The notes below the pieces were generated by a model. That model searched no databases. It worked only from the letters and a program-made list of their open reading frames with translations, and had not been told where the DNA came from. From positions 1 through 55,286 of IMG/VR virus record IMGVR_UViG_3300027896_000052: a stretch of 55,286 nt of DNA; one strand, given 5' to 3'. How positions within the stretch are numbered: position 1 is the stretch's first letter; each line of letters begins with the position of its first letter. A program made the translations under genes and the position numbers. The DNA comes from a virus. Lineage: Duplodnaviria > Caudoviricetes. This document shows, in pieces, positions 55,134-55,286 of this stretch.

Positions 55134-55286
55134 TCAGATGATATACCAGGTCCCGGCGCCGCCGTCCTGGATCGTTATATTGACCCATTGAGCTGCGATG
55201 ATGTAGCTCGCAGCCCCGTCGATCGTTTCGGCCCCGTTCGGGGTCAGGGTGACCGTGAAGGCGGAGGCATCGATTTTCTTGACGTT
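55134..55286 (-). CDS. 3' end of the tail fibre/adaptor gene, allele B (partial)
   Basis: Ends QDGGAGTWYII vs QDGAAGAWYIL in 1521-2042. Confidence 0.85.
   Translation of the reverse strand, partial: NVKKIDASAFTVTLTPNGAETIDGAASYIIAAQWVNITIQDGGAGTWYII

Noticed and set aside
53735-55286. Direct terminal repeat or shufflon/invertible fibre system
   Set aside because: The copies differ internally, share orientation, and no serine or tyrosine recombinase was seen
1-55286. Integrase/attP, tRNA genes, tail sheath, host taxonomic assignment
   Set aside because: None recognisable by eye; the host cannot be named without database searches

Overview
The window is an apparently complete (~53.6-53.7 kb, circularly closable) genome of a GC-rich long-tailed (siphovirus-type) phage of a probably diderm bacterium. 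Nearly all genes lie on the - strand, in this order: RHH repressor, recombination/replication genes, many small early genes, lysis (amidase, holin-like, spanin-like), terminase, PBSX/XkdE-F-G-like portal-protease-capsid, head-tail, tail tube, chaperone frameshift pair, tape measure and tail tip. A short + strand early operon ends in a GIY-YIG/NUMOD3 endonuclease. I saw no integrase, sheath, tRNA or CRISPR array. The two ends carry two different versions of one ~1.3-1.45 kb locus (101-1546 vs 53835-55159) between identical anchors, i.e. two alleles of a tail-tip/receptor-binding cassette. Highlights: (i) an unannotated 57-aa lipoprotein-like ORF in allele A whose last ~20 aa are the C-terminus of the allele-B tail-tip protein (46 nt identical); (ii) an 8-gene, translationally coupled glycosyl/methyltransferase block inside the head-tail operon plus a ninth gene (GT) in the head module, suggesting virion glycosylation; (iii) a pseudoknotted type II hammerhead ribozyme; (iv) a C4/CI-like structured leader with a leader peptide ahead of the replication initiator; (v) a prohead protease apparently split between two genes; (vi) several dispersed repeats. 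All family calls come from motif recognition by eye, not database searches.
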